A DNA stretch of 64,000 nt, taken from positions 416,001 through 480,000 of the forward strand of contig CAVZYA010000001.1 in NCBI GenBank assembly GCA_963779415.1, read 5' to 3'. Shown here piece by piece: positions 22,294-32,104 of this stretch (within the stretch, counting starts at the first letter, position 1; the number at the start of each line of letters is the position of its first letter). The notes under the pieces are model-generated. The model made no database searches. It was given only the letters and a program-made list of their open reading frames with translations, and had not been told where the DNA came from. A program made the position numbers and the translations under genes. The stretch comes from an uncultured Acidobacteriota bacterium (GTDB taxonomy: Bacteria > Acidobacteriota > Thermoanaerobaculia > UBA5066).

Positions 22294-22673
22294 GGAGCGG
22301 AACTCCCTTCGCGGCCGTACCGGTCCTCGAGACGGACGACGTCGTCGAGCTCGGGCGTCGAGACCTCGACGAGGAGAACGTCCCCGTCCGGGGCGTGCAT
22401 CCGGTGCCTCGTCCCCGGCGTCACGTGGAAGACGTCGCCGGGCGCGAGTCGGAGATCGGTTCGCGCCCCGTCCCGCTCGACGAGGAGCCCCAACGTTCCT
22501 TCGAGGACGTGGATCGTCTCTTCCTTCCGGACGTGGTACTGGAACGAGAGAGCCTCGCCATGCCGGATCCGGAGGAGTTTCCCGGCGTAGCGCCCCCCTT
22601 CCGCGAAGATCCGTTCCTCCCCCCACGGCTTCGGGACGACCCGCGGCCGCCCGACGGCGAACGGTCCGCTCAT
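22290..22673 (-). CDS. Cupin-domain protein (mannose-6-phosphate isomerase-like)
   Basis: KPWG, LSFQYH..KEET and PGTRHR cupin motifs. Confidence 0.85.
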   Translation of the reverse strand: MSGPFAVGRPRVVPKPWGEERIFAEGGRYAGKLLRIRHGEALSFQYHVRKEETIHVLEGTLGLLVERDGARTDLRLAPGDVFHVTPGTRHRMHAPDGDVLLVEVSTPELDDVVRLEDRYGREGSSAP

Positions 22674-24457
22674 GCGGACACCGCCCTGAGGCGCCGCGAC
22701 GCCGGAAGGAGGTCGCGGAGCTCGAGCCCGAGGAGGGCCGAAACCTCTTCGGGGGTCGAGAGGGAGAGCGCTGCCTTGGCGACCCGCACCGCCTCCGAGA
22801 CGGCGATCTCGCGGGCGAACGCCTTGATGACCGGCACGGCGCGGGGACCCATCGAGAACTCCCGGATGCCGAGGCCGACGAGAAGCAGGAAGAGCTGTGG
22901 ATCGGCCGCCATCTCCCCGCAGACCGAGACGGGCTTCTTCGCGACGCGGGCCGCGTCGGCGACCCGGGCGATCAGCCGGAGAACGGCGGGGTGATCGGGA
23001 CGGAAGAGGTCGGAGACCGTCTCGTTGGCCCGGTCCACGGCAAGCGTGTACTGCGTCAGGTCGTTCGTCCCGAGCGCCATGAAATCGACCTCCGGCGCGA
23101 TGAGGTCGGCCGTGATCGCCGCCGACGGGACCTCGATCATCGCACCGAGCGGGACGGCTTCCGGGACCGGAATTCCGCGCTCGACAAGCTCGGTCCGCGT
23201 CTCGCTCAGCATGGTCCGGACGCGGCGCATCTCCTCCACTCCGGAGACCATCGGGACGAGGATGCGGAGATCTCCCGCCGGTGCCGCCATGAGGAGAGCC
23301 GCGAGCTGCGCCCGGAACATCTCGGGGCGGGCGAGGCTGAGACGCACGCCCCGGAGGCCGAGGACCGGGTTCATCTCGTCGGCGCCGACAACCTGACGCG
23401 ATCCCTTCTTGCCGCCGAGATCATAGGTCCGGATCACGACGGGGCGAGGGGCGAGCCTCCGAAGAACGTCGGCGTAGAAGGCCGCCTGCGACTCGACGTT
23501 GGGGACGTGGAGGTCTCCCGCCGCGAGATAGAGGAACTCCGACCGGAACAGCCCCACGCCGTCGGCTCCGTACTCGAGGACGTCGGCGGTCTCACTCGCC
23601 AGCTCGATGTTCGCGCGGACGGCGATCTCGACGCCATCCGTCGTCTCGGCGGTTCCGCCGACGCTCCGCTCCTTCAGGGACCTCTCGCGATGAGCCTCCT
23701 CGGCCCGGCGCTCGCGGAAGAGCCCGAGGATCTCCTCGGACGGCTCGCGCCAGACGATGCCGTCGCGCCCGTCCACGACGACGCGATCGTTCTCGCCGAC
23801 CGACTCGAGGAGCTTCGCCACGCCGACGACAGCCGGAAGGCCGAACGACCGCGCGAGGATCGCCGCGTGGGACGTCGGCCCTCCCCGCTCCGTCGCGAAG
23901 CCGACGACCCGGTCGCGCGGGATCCGGACGGCGTCGGATGGGGTCAGCTCGTCGGCGATCAGGACGATGGCTTCCCCCGCGAGGTCCTCGACCCGGAGAT
24001 GGCTGTCGCTCTCGTCGCCGAGGTGCCTCCGGACGATCCGTGCCACGTCGTCGAGGTCGGTGGCACGCAGCGCGAGGTTCTCGTCCGGAAGGTCCCGGAA
24101 CCTCGAGACCAGGCCCCGCGCCGTCGCTTCGACGGCCCACTCGGCGTTGACGGCCTCCTGCACGATCCGCCTTTCCACCGGGCCGACGAAGGCGCGGTCC
24201 TTGAGAAACATCGCGTGGGCGTGGAAGATCGCGGCGTACTCGGGCCCCAGCCGGATGGCGACCTGCGTCGCCGTGCTCTCGATCTCCTCGACGGAGGACT
24301 CCACCGCGCGGCGAAACCGCTCCAGCTCCGCGGAGATCTCCTCCGGCTCGAGCTGCCGGTGGGGCGCCGTATCCTCGCGCGACAGCCAGAGGACGGCCCT
24401 TCCGACGGCGACCCCCGGCGACACCGGAATCCCGCTGAGCGACAGTGCCCGCTTCAC
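22670..24457 (-). CDS. ptsI: PTS enzyme I (no GAF domain)
   Basis: GGPTSHAAI phospho-His, GVGLFRSEF, NPVLGLRG, MIEVPSA, GTNDLTQY and CGEMA. Confidence 0.96.
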   Translation of the reverse strand: MKRALSLSGIPVSPGVAVGRAVLWLSREDTAPHRQLEPEEISAELERFRRAVESSVEEIESTATQVAIRLGPEYAAIFHAHAMFLKDRAFVGPVERRIVQEAVNAEWAVEATARGLVSRFRDLPDENLALRATDLDDVARIVRRHLGDESDSHLRVEDLAGEAIVLIADELTPSDAVRIPRDRVVGFATERGGPTSHAAILARSFGLPAVVGVAKLLESVGENDRVVVDGRDGIVWREPSEEILGLFRERRAEEAHRERSLKERSVGGTAETTDGVEIAVRANIELASETADVLEYGADGVGLFRSEFLYLAAGDLHVPNVESQAAFYADVLRRLAPRPVVIRTYDLGGKKGSRQVVGADEMNPVLGLRGVRLSLARPEMFRAQLAALLMAAPAGDLRILVPMVSGVEEMRRVRTMLSETRTELVERGIPVPEAVPLGAMIEVPSAAITADLIAPEVDFMALGTNDLTQYTLAVDRANETVSDLFRPDHPAVLRLIARVADAARVAKKPVSVCGEMAADPQLFLLLVGLGIREFSMGPRAVPVIKAFAREIAVSEAVRVAKAALSLSTPEEVSALLGLELRDLLPASRRLRAVSA

Positions 24458-24490
24458 GCGCCTGATTCTACGTTGCAGCCCCGGCGCGTT

Positions 24491-24760
24491 CTATTCGCTC
24501 TCGTCGAACCGCCGCTCCACGAGTTCCTTGACCGACGCCACGGCGTCCACCTCGTCGGGTCCGTCCGCCCGAAGCAGAAGAGTCGACCCTTTGCTCGCGG
24601 CGAGCAGAAGGAGGCCCAGGATGCTCTTGGCGTCCACCTCGTCGCCGTCCCGCGTCAGGGTGAGGCGGGAGGAAAATCCGGCCGCCGCATGAACCAGCTT
24701 GGCGGCCGCCCGCGCGTGAAGGCCGAGACGGTTCCGAAGGACGAGCGTCTCCTCGATCAC
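24491..24760 (-). CDS. ptsH: HPr phosphocarrier
   Basis: GLHARAA (His15) and DAKSILG (Ser46). Confidence 0.93.
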   Translation of the reverse strand: MIEETLVLRNRLGLHARAAAKLVHAAAGFSSRLTLTRDGDEVDAKSILGLLLLAASKGSTLLLRADGPDEVDAVASVKELVERRFDESE

Positions 24761-25206
24761 GCCGTTGTCCCGCCCGGGCCCCCGACGAGGTCCGTCGCCG
24801 CGACGATCGCCCGACGCCCCCTTTCGACCAGGACCTTCGCGATCTCTCCGGCCGTCTTCCCCTCCTGTGCGATGGACCGCGCCCGGATCATCATCGCGAG
24901 ATTCACGCCCGAGACGATCTCCACCCGTCCGGGCTCGAGGAAGGCGAGGGCGAGGTTCGACGGCGTTCCGCCGAAGAGATCGGTCAGGAGCACCACGCCC
25001 GCTCCGCGATCGGCGGCGGCGATCGCCTTCTCGAGCCGGCGGCTCGCCGTCTCCGGCGCCTCGTCCCATTCCAGAGAGAGGACGCCCACGTCCCCGGCTT
25101 CGTCGGGCTCGAGGCGCAGAAGCGTCTCGCGGAGGGCGGAGGCCAGCGGCCCGTGGGAGAGGAGGAGGAGGCCGACAGGCGGACGGGACGTCCCGGAGAG
25201 CGCCAT
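24757..25206 (-). CDS. PTS EIIA, mannose/fructose type
   Basis: LSHG, LTDLFGGTPSN and SGVNLAM. Confidence 0.9.
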   Translation of the reverse strand: MALSGTSRPPVGLLLLSHGPLASALRETLLRLEPDEAGDVGVLSLEWDEAPETASRRLEKAIAAADRGAGVVLLTDLFGGTPSNLALAFLEPGRVEIVSGVNLAMMIRARSIAQEGKTAGEIAKVLVERGRRAIVAATDLVGGPGGTTA

Positions 25207-25207
25207 A

Positions 25208-26074
25208 TCAGCCGCTCGCCTCGTCGCGGTGGGTCACGCGCACCGGATAGCCGAGGGCCACGATGTCCCGGGCCAGCCGCTCGGCGATGTAGATGGAGCG
25301 GTGGCGCCCTCCCGTACAGCCGATTCCGACGGTCAGGTACGCGCGGTTCTCGCGGCGATAGTTCGGGAGGCACCACGACACGAAGTCGAGGAGGCGGCGA
25401 TAGAACGGCTCGGTCAGCTCGCCCGCCTCGATGAAGCGGGCCACGTCCGGGTCGCGGCCCGTCCGGGGCCGGAGGAGAGGGTCGAAGTGGGGATTCGCCA
25501 GGAACCGGACGTCGAGACAGATGTCGACCGGCGGAATCCCGTGCTTGTAGCCGAACGAGACGATCGACACGGCGAGCTCTCCCGGATCGCCCGGCTCGCG
25601 AAAATGCTGGCCGACGGCGGCACGCAGCTCGTGGACCGTCATCCCGCTCGTGTCGATGACGAGGTCCGCCGTCTCCTTGACGTCCCGGAGGATCCTCCGC
25701 TCGAGAGCGATCGCCTCCGTGAGCGTTCGCCCTTCGGCCAGCGGGTGCGGCCGGCGCGTTTCTGAAAAGCGGTTGAGGAGCATCCGGTCCTCGCAGTCGA
25801 GAAAGAGGACGCGGGTCGGGACCCGTCGCCGGATCGACTCGAGAAGGGCCGGAAATCTCTCCGCGAAGTCGGGGTTCCTCACGTCCAGGACGACCGCGTT
25901 CTTCGCGCGCGGCATCCGCCCGGCCGCGACCTCCTCGACGAACTCCGAGAAGAGCGTGAGCGGCAGGTTGTCCACCGTCGCGTACCCCACGTCCTCGAGC
26001 GCATGGCCGACGTAGGACTTCCCGGACCCCGACAGACCCGTCACGACAAGAAGCTGACCCTCTCCGGAGCTCAT
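25208..26074 (-). CDS. rapZ: RNase adapter / P-loop protein RapZ (YvcJ)
   Basis: GLSGSGKS, VDNLP, ETRRPHPL, DVRFLANP and GCTGGRHRS. Confidence 0.95.
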   Translation of the reverse strand: MSSGEGQLLVVTGLSGSGKSYVGHALEDVGYATVDNLPLTLFSEFVEEVAAGRMPRAKNAVVLDVRNPDFAERFPALLESIRRRVPTRVLFLDCEDRMLLNRFSETRRPHPLAEGRTLTEAIALERRILRDVKETADLVIDTSGMTVHELRAAVGQHFREPGDPGELAVSIVSFGYKHGIPPVDICLDVRFLANPHFDPLLRPRTGRDPDVARFIEAGELTEPFYRRLLDFVSWCLPNYRRENRAYLTVGIGCTGGRHRSIYIAERLARDIVALGYPVRVTHRDEASG

Positions 26075-27090
26075 CGCATCCGGACCCTCGCGAGCGTCCG
26101 GCGCTTCTGCCGGCCGGTCCGGAACCGGTCGGCCGCGGCCTTCCGGGCGATCTCGTCGTGGACCTTCGCCGCCATCTCGCGGGCCGCATGGTAGCCGCGG
26201 CGGCGGAGGAGCTGGTTCCGGACGGCGATCTCGACGAGGAGCGCCACGTCCCGCCCCGTCGCCACCGGCATCGTCACCTTCGGAACGGCGACGCCGAGGA
26301 TCTCCTGCGACTCCTCGTCAAGGCCGAGGCGGTCGTACTCGCGCCCTTCGACCCAGTGCGTCAGGTGGATGACGAACTCCACCGTGTGCCGCTCGAGAAC
26401 CGCGGAGATTCCGAAGAGCATCGGGACGTTCACGATACCGAGGCCGCGAAGCTCCATGTGGTGGCGGATGAGGCCCGACGAGGAGCCGACGAGGACCTCG
26501 TTGGGGAACCGCTGGATGACGACGAGGTCGTCCGCGATCAGCCGGTGCCCCCGCTGGATGAGGGCCAGCGCGCATTCGCTCTTCCCGACGCCGGAGTCCC
26601 CGAACAGGAGGACGCCGAGCCCCCCGACCTCCATCAGGACTCCATGCATCGTCACCCGCGGCGCGAGAGATTCCTCGAGGAAGGCCGTGAGCCCTTCGAT
26701 GATCGTGCTCGTCATCCGGTCCGTCACGAAGAGGGGGACGGCCCGGCGCCGGCAGAAGTTGACGAGCGTCGGAAGCGGCGAAATCCCCTTCGTCACGACG
26801 ACGCCCGACAGAGGGAGTGCCGTGAAGGCGTCGAGCCGCTCGCGAGCGACCGCGGGGGACAGGGTCTTCAGGTACCCGAACTCGCTGTTGCCGAGTATCT
26901 GGACCCGGTTCGGCTTGATGTAGTCGAGGTAACCGGCGATCGCGAGTCCGGGCTTCTGCACGCGCGGCCATTCGATCGGGCGGTCGAGCCCCTTCTGCCC
27001 GGCGACGAGCTTCAGGCCGAGGGACGCGAGCGCGGGGGACCGCAGGTCACCGATCCGTACGGAGGGGCGGGTCTCGTCGGCGGGGATCAT
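26071..27090 (-). CDS. hprK: HPr kinase/phosphorylase
   Basis: HGVL..GDSGVGKSECAL, LIADD and MELRGLGI. Confidence 0.95.
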   Translation of the reverse strand: MIPADETRPSVRIGDLRSPALASLGLKLVAGQKGLDRPIEWPRVQKPGLAIAGYLDYIKPNRVQILGNSEFGYLKTLSPAVARERLDAFTALPLSGVVVTKGISPLPTLVNFCRRRAVPLFVTDRMTSTIIEGLTAFLEESLAPRVTMHGVLMEVGGLGVLLFGDSGVGKSECALALIQRGHRLIADDLVVIQRFPNEVLVGSSSGLIRHHMELRGLGIVNVPMLFGISAVLERHTVEFVIHLTHWVEGREYDRLGLDEESQEILGVAVPKVTMPVATGRDVALLVEIAVRNQLLRRRGYHAAREMAAKVHDEIARKAAADRFRTGRQKRRTLARVRMR

Positions 27091-27094
27091 CGGA

Positions 27095-27634
27095 TCACTC
27101 GGGAACGACGATGCCGACCCGACCGTCGCGCCGGCGGTAGAGAACGCGAAGCGCCGCATCCGCGCCGAGATCCCGGAAGACGAGGACCTCGCGGTCCGAC
27201 TCCTGGAACGCCGTGAGCGCGTCCTCCTCGAACATGGAACGGGAGGGCGAAGTCTCGCGGCGCGTCCCCGCCGGTCTCTCGCTCCGTCCCGTCTCGGCCT
27301 CGGGCCACACCTCGGGACGGCGAACGGAAGGCCGGGAGCGCTTCTTCTCTTCCCGGACCAGCGCCTTCGTCTTCTTCACCTGCCCCGCGATCCGGTCCAT
27401 CACCTCCTGCGCCGCGGTCCGCTGGTCGGGACCGCTCGCGGTCGCCTTCCAGGTCCGGTTCGCCCCGACGACCGCCACCTCGACCGCGACGTCGTTCTTC
27501 TCACGGCGGACGGCGACGTGCGCCTGCGCGGCGCGTGGAAAGAAGCGCTCCAGCTTCGCGAGCTTCCCGGCCACGACGTCCTCGAGCGAAGGATGGATGC
27601 GGATGCGCCGGGCGACGTACACGGTCTTCATCAT
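27095..27634 (-). CDS. hpf: Ribosome hibernation promoting factor (long HPF)
   Basis: Directly downstream of rpoN; KL.KLERFF; C-terminal VFRD..VLYRRRDG. Confidence 0.85.
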   Translation of the reverse strand: MMKTVYVARRIRIHPSLEDVVAGKLAKLERFFPRAAQAHVAVRREKNDVAVEVAVVGANRTWKATASGPDQRTAAQEVMDRIAGQVKKTKALVREEKKRSRPSVRRPEVWPEAETGRSERPAGTRRETSPSRSMFEEDALTAFQESDREVLVFRDLGADAALRVLYRRRDGRVGIVVPE

Positions 27635-29319
27635 GATGCCTCCTCGTCCCGGACCGGTCCGCCTCCGGGCGCCCCGGCACCGGTTGCGACACTCTCGGTC
27701 TTTGGCTCGGCCTCCGGCTCCGACGCGGCTTCCGGGCCCGCCTCACCCGTCCGCCGGAGGGAGCTGGAGGGGATGTGCAGCTCTTCCCGGTACTTGGCGA
27801 CCGTACGACGGGCGATCCGGATTCCGTCGCGCGCGAGCAGCTCGGAAAGCCGGGCGTCCGAAAGCGGCCGGGTGGAGTCCTCGGCCTGGACCAGCGACTG
27901 GATGCGGTTCTTGACGGCGAGCGAGGAGACGTCCTCGCCCACCGAGGATGCGATGGCGGAGTGGAAGAAGAATTTCATCGGAACGAGGCCGCGCGGCGTC
28001 GTCATCCACTTGTTGGAGACGACACGCGAGACCGTCGACTCGTGCATGCCGATGTCCTCGGCGACGTCCCGAAGGACGAGAGGCCGGAGCTGGGAGACCC
28101 CGTACTCGAAGAAATCCCGCTGCTTGCGGACGATGGACTCCGCCACGCGGACGATCGTCCGTTTCCGCTGGTCGAGGCTCTTGAGGAGCCACTGGGCGGA
28201 CCGGACCTTCTCGCGCAGGTAGTTGCGGCTCTCGCCGTCGAGGGAGGCGTCCCGCGCCTGGAGCATCCGCCGGTAGAGCGTCGAAATCTTCAGTCGCGGA
28301 AGTCCGTCGTCATTGAAGAGGACGACGTAGTCTTCCTTCACCTTCGCCACGGCGACGTCCGGCTCGACGTAGATCGTCCGGCTCTGGTCGTAGCGGCGCC
28401 CGGGCCTCGGGTCGAGCCGGCGGATCCACTCGAGGGTCCGCTGCAGCTCCTCGAGCGGGATTCCGAGCTGCCGTGCCAGGAGAGGAGCGGCCTTCGTTCC
28501 GACGTCGTTCAGGCGGTTCGTGACGAGATCCACGAGGAGCGGCGTCGCGACGCCGGCGACGCGTGCCTGAAGGAGGAGCACCTCGGCGAGCGTCCGTCCT
28601 CCGACGCCCGGGGGGTCGAAGCTCTGGAGGAGACGGAGGGCTTCCTCCGCCGTCTCCAGGCTGCACGGGACGGCCGCCACGACCTCCTCGAGCGTCGCCC
28701 GGAGATACCCGTCCGGGTCGACGTTTCCGATCAGGAAAAAGCACGCCTCCCGCAAGGCGTCGGGCGCGTCGGAGACGCCGAGCTGCTCCGCGAGATGGGC
28801 ATCGAGCCCTCCCGTCGCCTCCGCCCGGTTCTCCAGGGAGAACTCCTCTCCCTCTTCCGACATCCGGGGCGCCGTGGCCGTGCCGTCGAGGTAGTCACCG
28901 AAAAAGGCCTCGACGTCGATCTCTCCGAAGGCCTCGTCCGTGGCCGGAGTGCTCGGGTCGAGGGCGGGCGCCGCCGGCGGGGCCTCGCTCGAGGGGACCG
29001 GGACGGGGACGTTCTCCGGAGGGTCGGCGGCCACGGACTCGGCAGCTCCTTCGTGTGCGTTCTCGCCGGACGTTGCGGCTGCCTCGGGGCCCTCGGCCAG
29101 CTCCCGCTCGCGGCTCTCCGTCGCCGACGGATCCTCGTCCGGGGCCGGAGTCGCCTCGGGGTCCTGTTCCTCGAGAACCGGATTCGAGACCAGCTCCTGG
29201 TTCACGACGTCCGAAAGCTCGAGCCTCGTCATCTGCAGCAGCTTGATCGCCTGCTGCAGCGTCGGCGTCATCACCAGCCGCTGTGAGAGCCTGAGGGAAA
29301 GTTTCTGCTCGAGTGCCAC
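27631..29319 (-). CDS. rpoN: RNA polymerase sigma-54
   Basis: LVMTPTLQQAIKLLQ, HESTVSR and RpoN box ARRTVAKYRE. Confidence 0.98.
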   Translation of the reverse strand: MALEQKLSLRLSQRLVMTPTLQQAIKLLQMTRLELSDVVNQELVSNPVLEEQDPEATPAPDEDPSATESRERELAEGPEAAATSGENAHEGAAESVAADPPENVPVPVPSSEAPPAAPALDPSTPATDEAFGEIDVEAFFGDYLDGTATAPRMSEEGEEFSLENRAEATGGLDAHLAEQLGVSDAPDALREACFFLIGNVDPDGYLRATLEEVVAAVPCSLETAEEALRLLQSFDPPGVGGRTLAEVLLLQARVAGVATPLLVDLVTNRLNDVGTKAAPLLARQLGIPLEELQRTLEWIRRLDPRPGRRYDQSRTIYVEPDVAVAKVKEDYVVLFNDDGLPRLKISTLYRRMLQARDASLDGESRNYLREKVRSAQWLLKSLDQRKRTIVRVAESIVRKQRDFFEYGVSQLRPLVLRDVAEDIGMHESTVSRVVSNKWMTTPRGLVPMKFFFHSAIASSVGEDVSSLAVKNRIQSLVQAEDSTRPLSDARLSELLARDGIRIARRTVAKYREELHIPSSSLRRTGEAGPEAASEPEAEPKTESVATGAGAPGGGPVRDEEAS

Positions 29320-29357
29320 GTTGCGTTGGTCCGGCCTTTGCTTAGACCAGTTGGATT

Positions 29358-30098
29358 CTAGTCCAGGCGGAACCGTTCGCCGAGGTAGACGCGCCGTACC
29401 TCCGGGTCCTCCGAAAGGGCCGCCGGCGAGCCGGCGCGGAAGATGATCCCCGCGTTGATGATGTACGCCCGGTCGGTGATCGCGAGCGTATCGCGGACGT
29501 TATGGTCCGTGATCAGGACCCCGATCCCCCCCGCCGCGAGGTCGCGGATCACCTGCTGGAGGTCGAGGACGGTGATCGGGTCGATCCCCGCGAAGGGCTC
29601 GTCGAGGAGCATGAACTGCGGCGTCAGCGTGAGTGCCCGGGCGATCTCCAGCCGGCGCCGCTCGCCTCCCGAGAGGGTGTCCCCGACGGAATGAGCCAGG
29701 TGCGAGAGCTTGAACCGGTCGAGAAGCTGGTGCGCTCGAGCCTCCCGCTCCTCGCGGTCGAGAGGGAGCGTCTCGAGGATCGCGAGCAGGTTTTCGACGG
29801 CCGTGAGCTTGCGAAAGACCGAGGCTTCCTGAGGCAGATAGCCCATCCCCCGGCGCGCCCGCCGGAACATCGGAAGGGACGTGACGTCCTCCCCGTCGAG
29901 CCGGACGCGGCCCGAATCCGGCGCCACAAGGCCGACGACCATCGAGAAGGTCGTCGTCTTTCCGGCTCCGTTCGGGCCGAGGAGGCCGACGACCTCCCCT
30001 CCCGTGACGGAAAGGGAGACGCCGTCCACGACGCAGCGTCCGCGATAGCTCTTCCGGACCTCGGCGACCTCGAGAAGGGGGCCCGTGCCGTCGCTCAC
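29358..30098 (-). CDS. lptB: LPS export ABC ATPase
   Basis: [35 protein letters not shown] and ITDHNVR. Confidence 0.96.
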   Translation of the reverse strand: MSDGTGPLLEVAEVRKSYRGRCVVDGVSLSVTGGEVVGLLGPNGAGKTTTFSMVVGLVAPDSGRVRLDGEDVTSLPMFRRARRGMGYLPQEASVFRKLTAVENLLAILETLPLDREEREARAHQLLDRFKLSHLAHSVGDTLSGGERRRLEIARALTLTPQFMLLDEPFAGIDPITVLDLQQVIRDLAAGGIGVLITDHNVRDTLAITDRAYIINAGIIFRAGSPAALSEDPEVRRVYLGERFRLD

Positions 30099-32104
30099 GA
30101 CCCCTCCGGCTTGAACGTCGTCTCGCTCGGCACGGTGCCGGTCTCCACGTCCACCTGCGAGCGCCCCTGGCGAAACGTGAGCAGGGCCCCGGTCGAGCGA
30201 TTCCCCTTCCCGTCGACGGCCGTCGCGGGCTGCCCCTCGAGCGTGACGATCTCGGTCTCCGGCCGCCACGTCGCCTTCGTCCCTTCCCCGCGCCGGTGCT
30301 GCAGCCGGTCGACGAGGATCACCGAGCCGCGCGCTTCCGCGTACTCGACGTTCCGTTCCGCGCCGAGGCGCAGGTCGGTCACGTCCGCCGTCATCTGCCA
30401 CGCGCCGGAGATCACCTCCGCGTGCCCCTCGATCCGGACGAAGCGCTCGGCCTCACGGTGCGTCAGGAGGTCGCCCGAAGCGTTGATCGTCTCGGTACCG
30501 CCCGCCGCGCCGGACACGCCCTTGCGTCCGGAGCTCCGCGCGGCCGTTTCGCGCCGGAAGAAGACGTGCACGTTCTTCTCGGCGCGAACGCTCCGGTCGT
30601 CGTCATCCACGAAGAGCGACTCGCAGCGAAGCACGTTCTCCTTCTGCCACGCCCGGACGTTTCCCGCAAGCCGAAGGTGCTTTCGGCCGTCCGTCAGGCG
30701 GAGCGTGTCGGACTCCGAGAAAAGAGGTCCCCCCCCCCGCTCGCCGAAGAGGCCGGGACGCCCCTCGCCGATGAAGGAGGCCCGCACCTGCCCCGAAGCG
30801 TCGATCCGGTCGTCGCGCCGTCCGTAGGCGATCGTCGAGGCGACCAGCGTCGCCTCCGGATCCCGGTACTCGGCCGGGGTTCCGGTGACGACGGCCGCGT
30901 CGTCCGCGCCGCGAAGGGTCGCAACGGCACCCTTGACGGACGCACGCGTCCCGTCGGTCACCGAGACGCCCCCTTCGAAAAGGCCGACGTCGAGCTGCCC
31001 GTCGGGCCCGAACGTGAGCCGCGCGGAGCCGGCTGCGAGCGTTCGAAGTCCCCCGCCCGGGCGGACGTCGGGTCCGGCCGCCTCGCGCGCCGTCAGGCGG
31101 GACGGGGCATCGATCTCCGAGAGGACGCCGCTCTTGAAACGGGCTTCCAGCCGGACCGAGATTCCCGACCTCCCGTTCTCGCGGGGCCCGGGAGCAAGCT
31201 CGATCTCGGAGAGGGAAGGAGGCGTCGACGTGACGGCGAGGAAGGACGGCAGGGAGGCGCTGTCGCGCACGAGGTCGATGCCTTCGCCGAAAACCATCGC
31301 GGCACCCGGAAGGCGGCCGGCCACGGGGGCCAGAACGAGGATGGCGTCTCCCTCCGCCCGGAGCCGGTCTCCGTCTCCGTCCGTCGAGCGCTCGAGCGAT
31401 CGGGCCCGAATGACGATTCCTCTCGAGCGCGCGACGGTCTCGTCTCCCGTCGCCCGGATCGTTCCGCCCCGGGAGAGCTCGACGTGCGGCGACTCGAGGT
31501 CGAGGGCCTCTCCCTTTTCGGAGCGCCCCCGAAGGCGGACGTTTCCCGTCAGGAAGACCTGCCCGTCCTGCGTGGCCACGACGGCACCGTCCGCGTGGAT
31601 GACGAGGCGTCCTCTCTCTGCCGTCACCGGGCCCTCCGAGACGAGCTCGCGCTTCACCGGCTCGTAGTGGAAGGCCTCTCCCGAGATCCGCGCCTCCTCG
31701 CCGACGATCTCGACGCCGTCGAAGACCCGGAACGCGCGCGAATCCTCGGTGAACTCCGCCCGCGGCGCGTAGAGACGGACGCCCGAGGAGACCGCGGCGG
31801 GGCCCGTCTCGAACATCACGTCCTTCAGCCGGAATTTCTTCTCCCACTCCACGTCGAACCGGAGCGCCTCGGCCGCGAGAAGCCGGAACCGTCCTTCCCC
31901 CCCGCGCGTCTCGACGTACTCGAAGTCGCGGAAGCGCATCCGGTCGTGCACCGACCCGGCCTCGGCCACGAGCGTCCGGGCGATCTCGTCGCGCGCCTCC
32001 GTCGGCCGCGTTCCGGGCTTCCGGTAGAGCAGGACGAGGACGACGAGCCAACCCCCCGCAAGAAGAGCGGCGAGGAGCCGCAGGAGCCGCCTCCCTCCGG
32101 TCAT
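30095..32104 (-). CDS. Long LptC/LptA (OstA-like) beta-jellyroll protein
   Basis: Single N-terminal TM followed by about 630 aa of Gly-rich beta repeats (F.GGV, GNV.A.Q); directly upstream of lptB. Confidence 0.78.
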   Translation of the reverse strand: MTGGRRLLRLLAALLAGGWLVVLVLLYRKPGTRPTEARDEIARTLVAEAGSVHDRMRFRDFEYVETRGGEGRFRLLAAEALRFDVEWEKKFRLKDVMFETGPAAVSSGVRLYAPRAEFTEDSRAFRVFDGVEIVGEEARISGEAFHYEPVKRELVSEGPVTAERGRLVIHADGAVVATQDGQVFLTGNVRLRGRSEKGEALDLESPHVELSRGGTIRATGDETVARSRGIVIRARSLERSTDGDGDRLRAEGDAILVLAPVAGRLPGAAMVFGEGIDLVRDSASLPSFLAVTSTPPSLSEIELAPGPRENGRSGISVRLEARFKSGVLSEIDAPSRLTAREAAGPDVRPGGGLRTLAAGSARLTFGPDGQLDVGLFEGGVSVTDGTRASVKGAVATLRGADDAAVVTGTPAEYRDPEATLVASTIAYGRRDDRIDASGQVRASFIGEGRPGLFGERGGGPLFSESDTLRLTDGRKHLRLAGNVRAWQKENVLRCESLFVDDDDRSVRAEKNVHVFFRRETAARSSGRKGVSGAAGGTETINASGDLLTHREAERFVRIEGHAEVISGAWQMTADVTDLRLGAERNVEYAEARGSVILVDRLQHRRGEGTKATWRPETEIVTLEGQPATAVDGKGNRSTGALLTFRQGRSQVDVETGTVPSETTFKPEGS

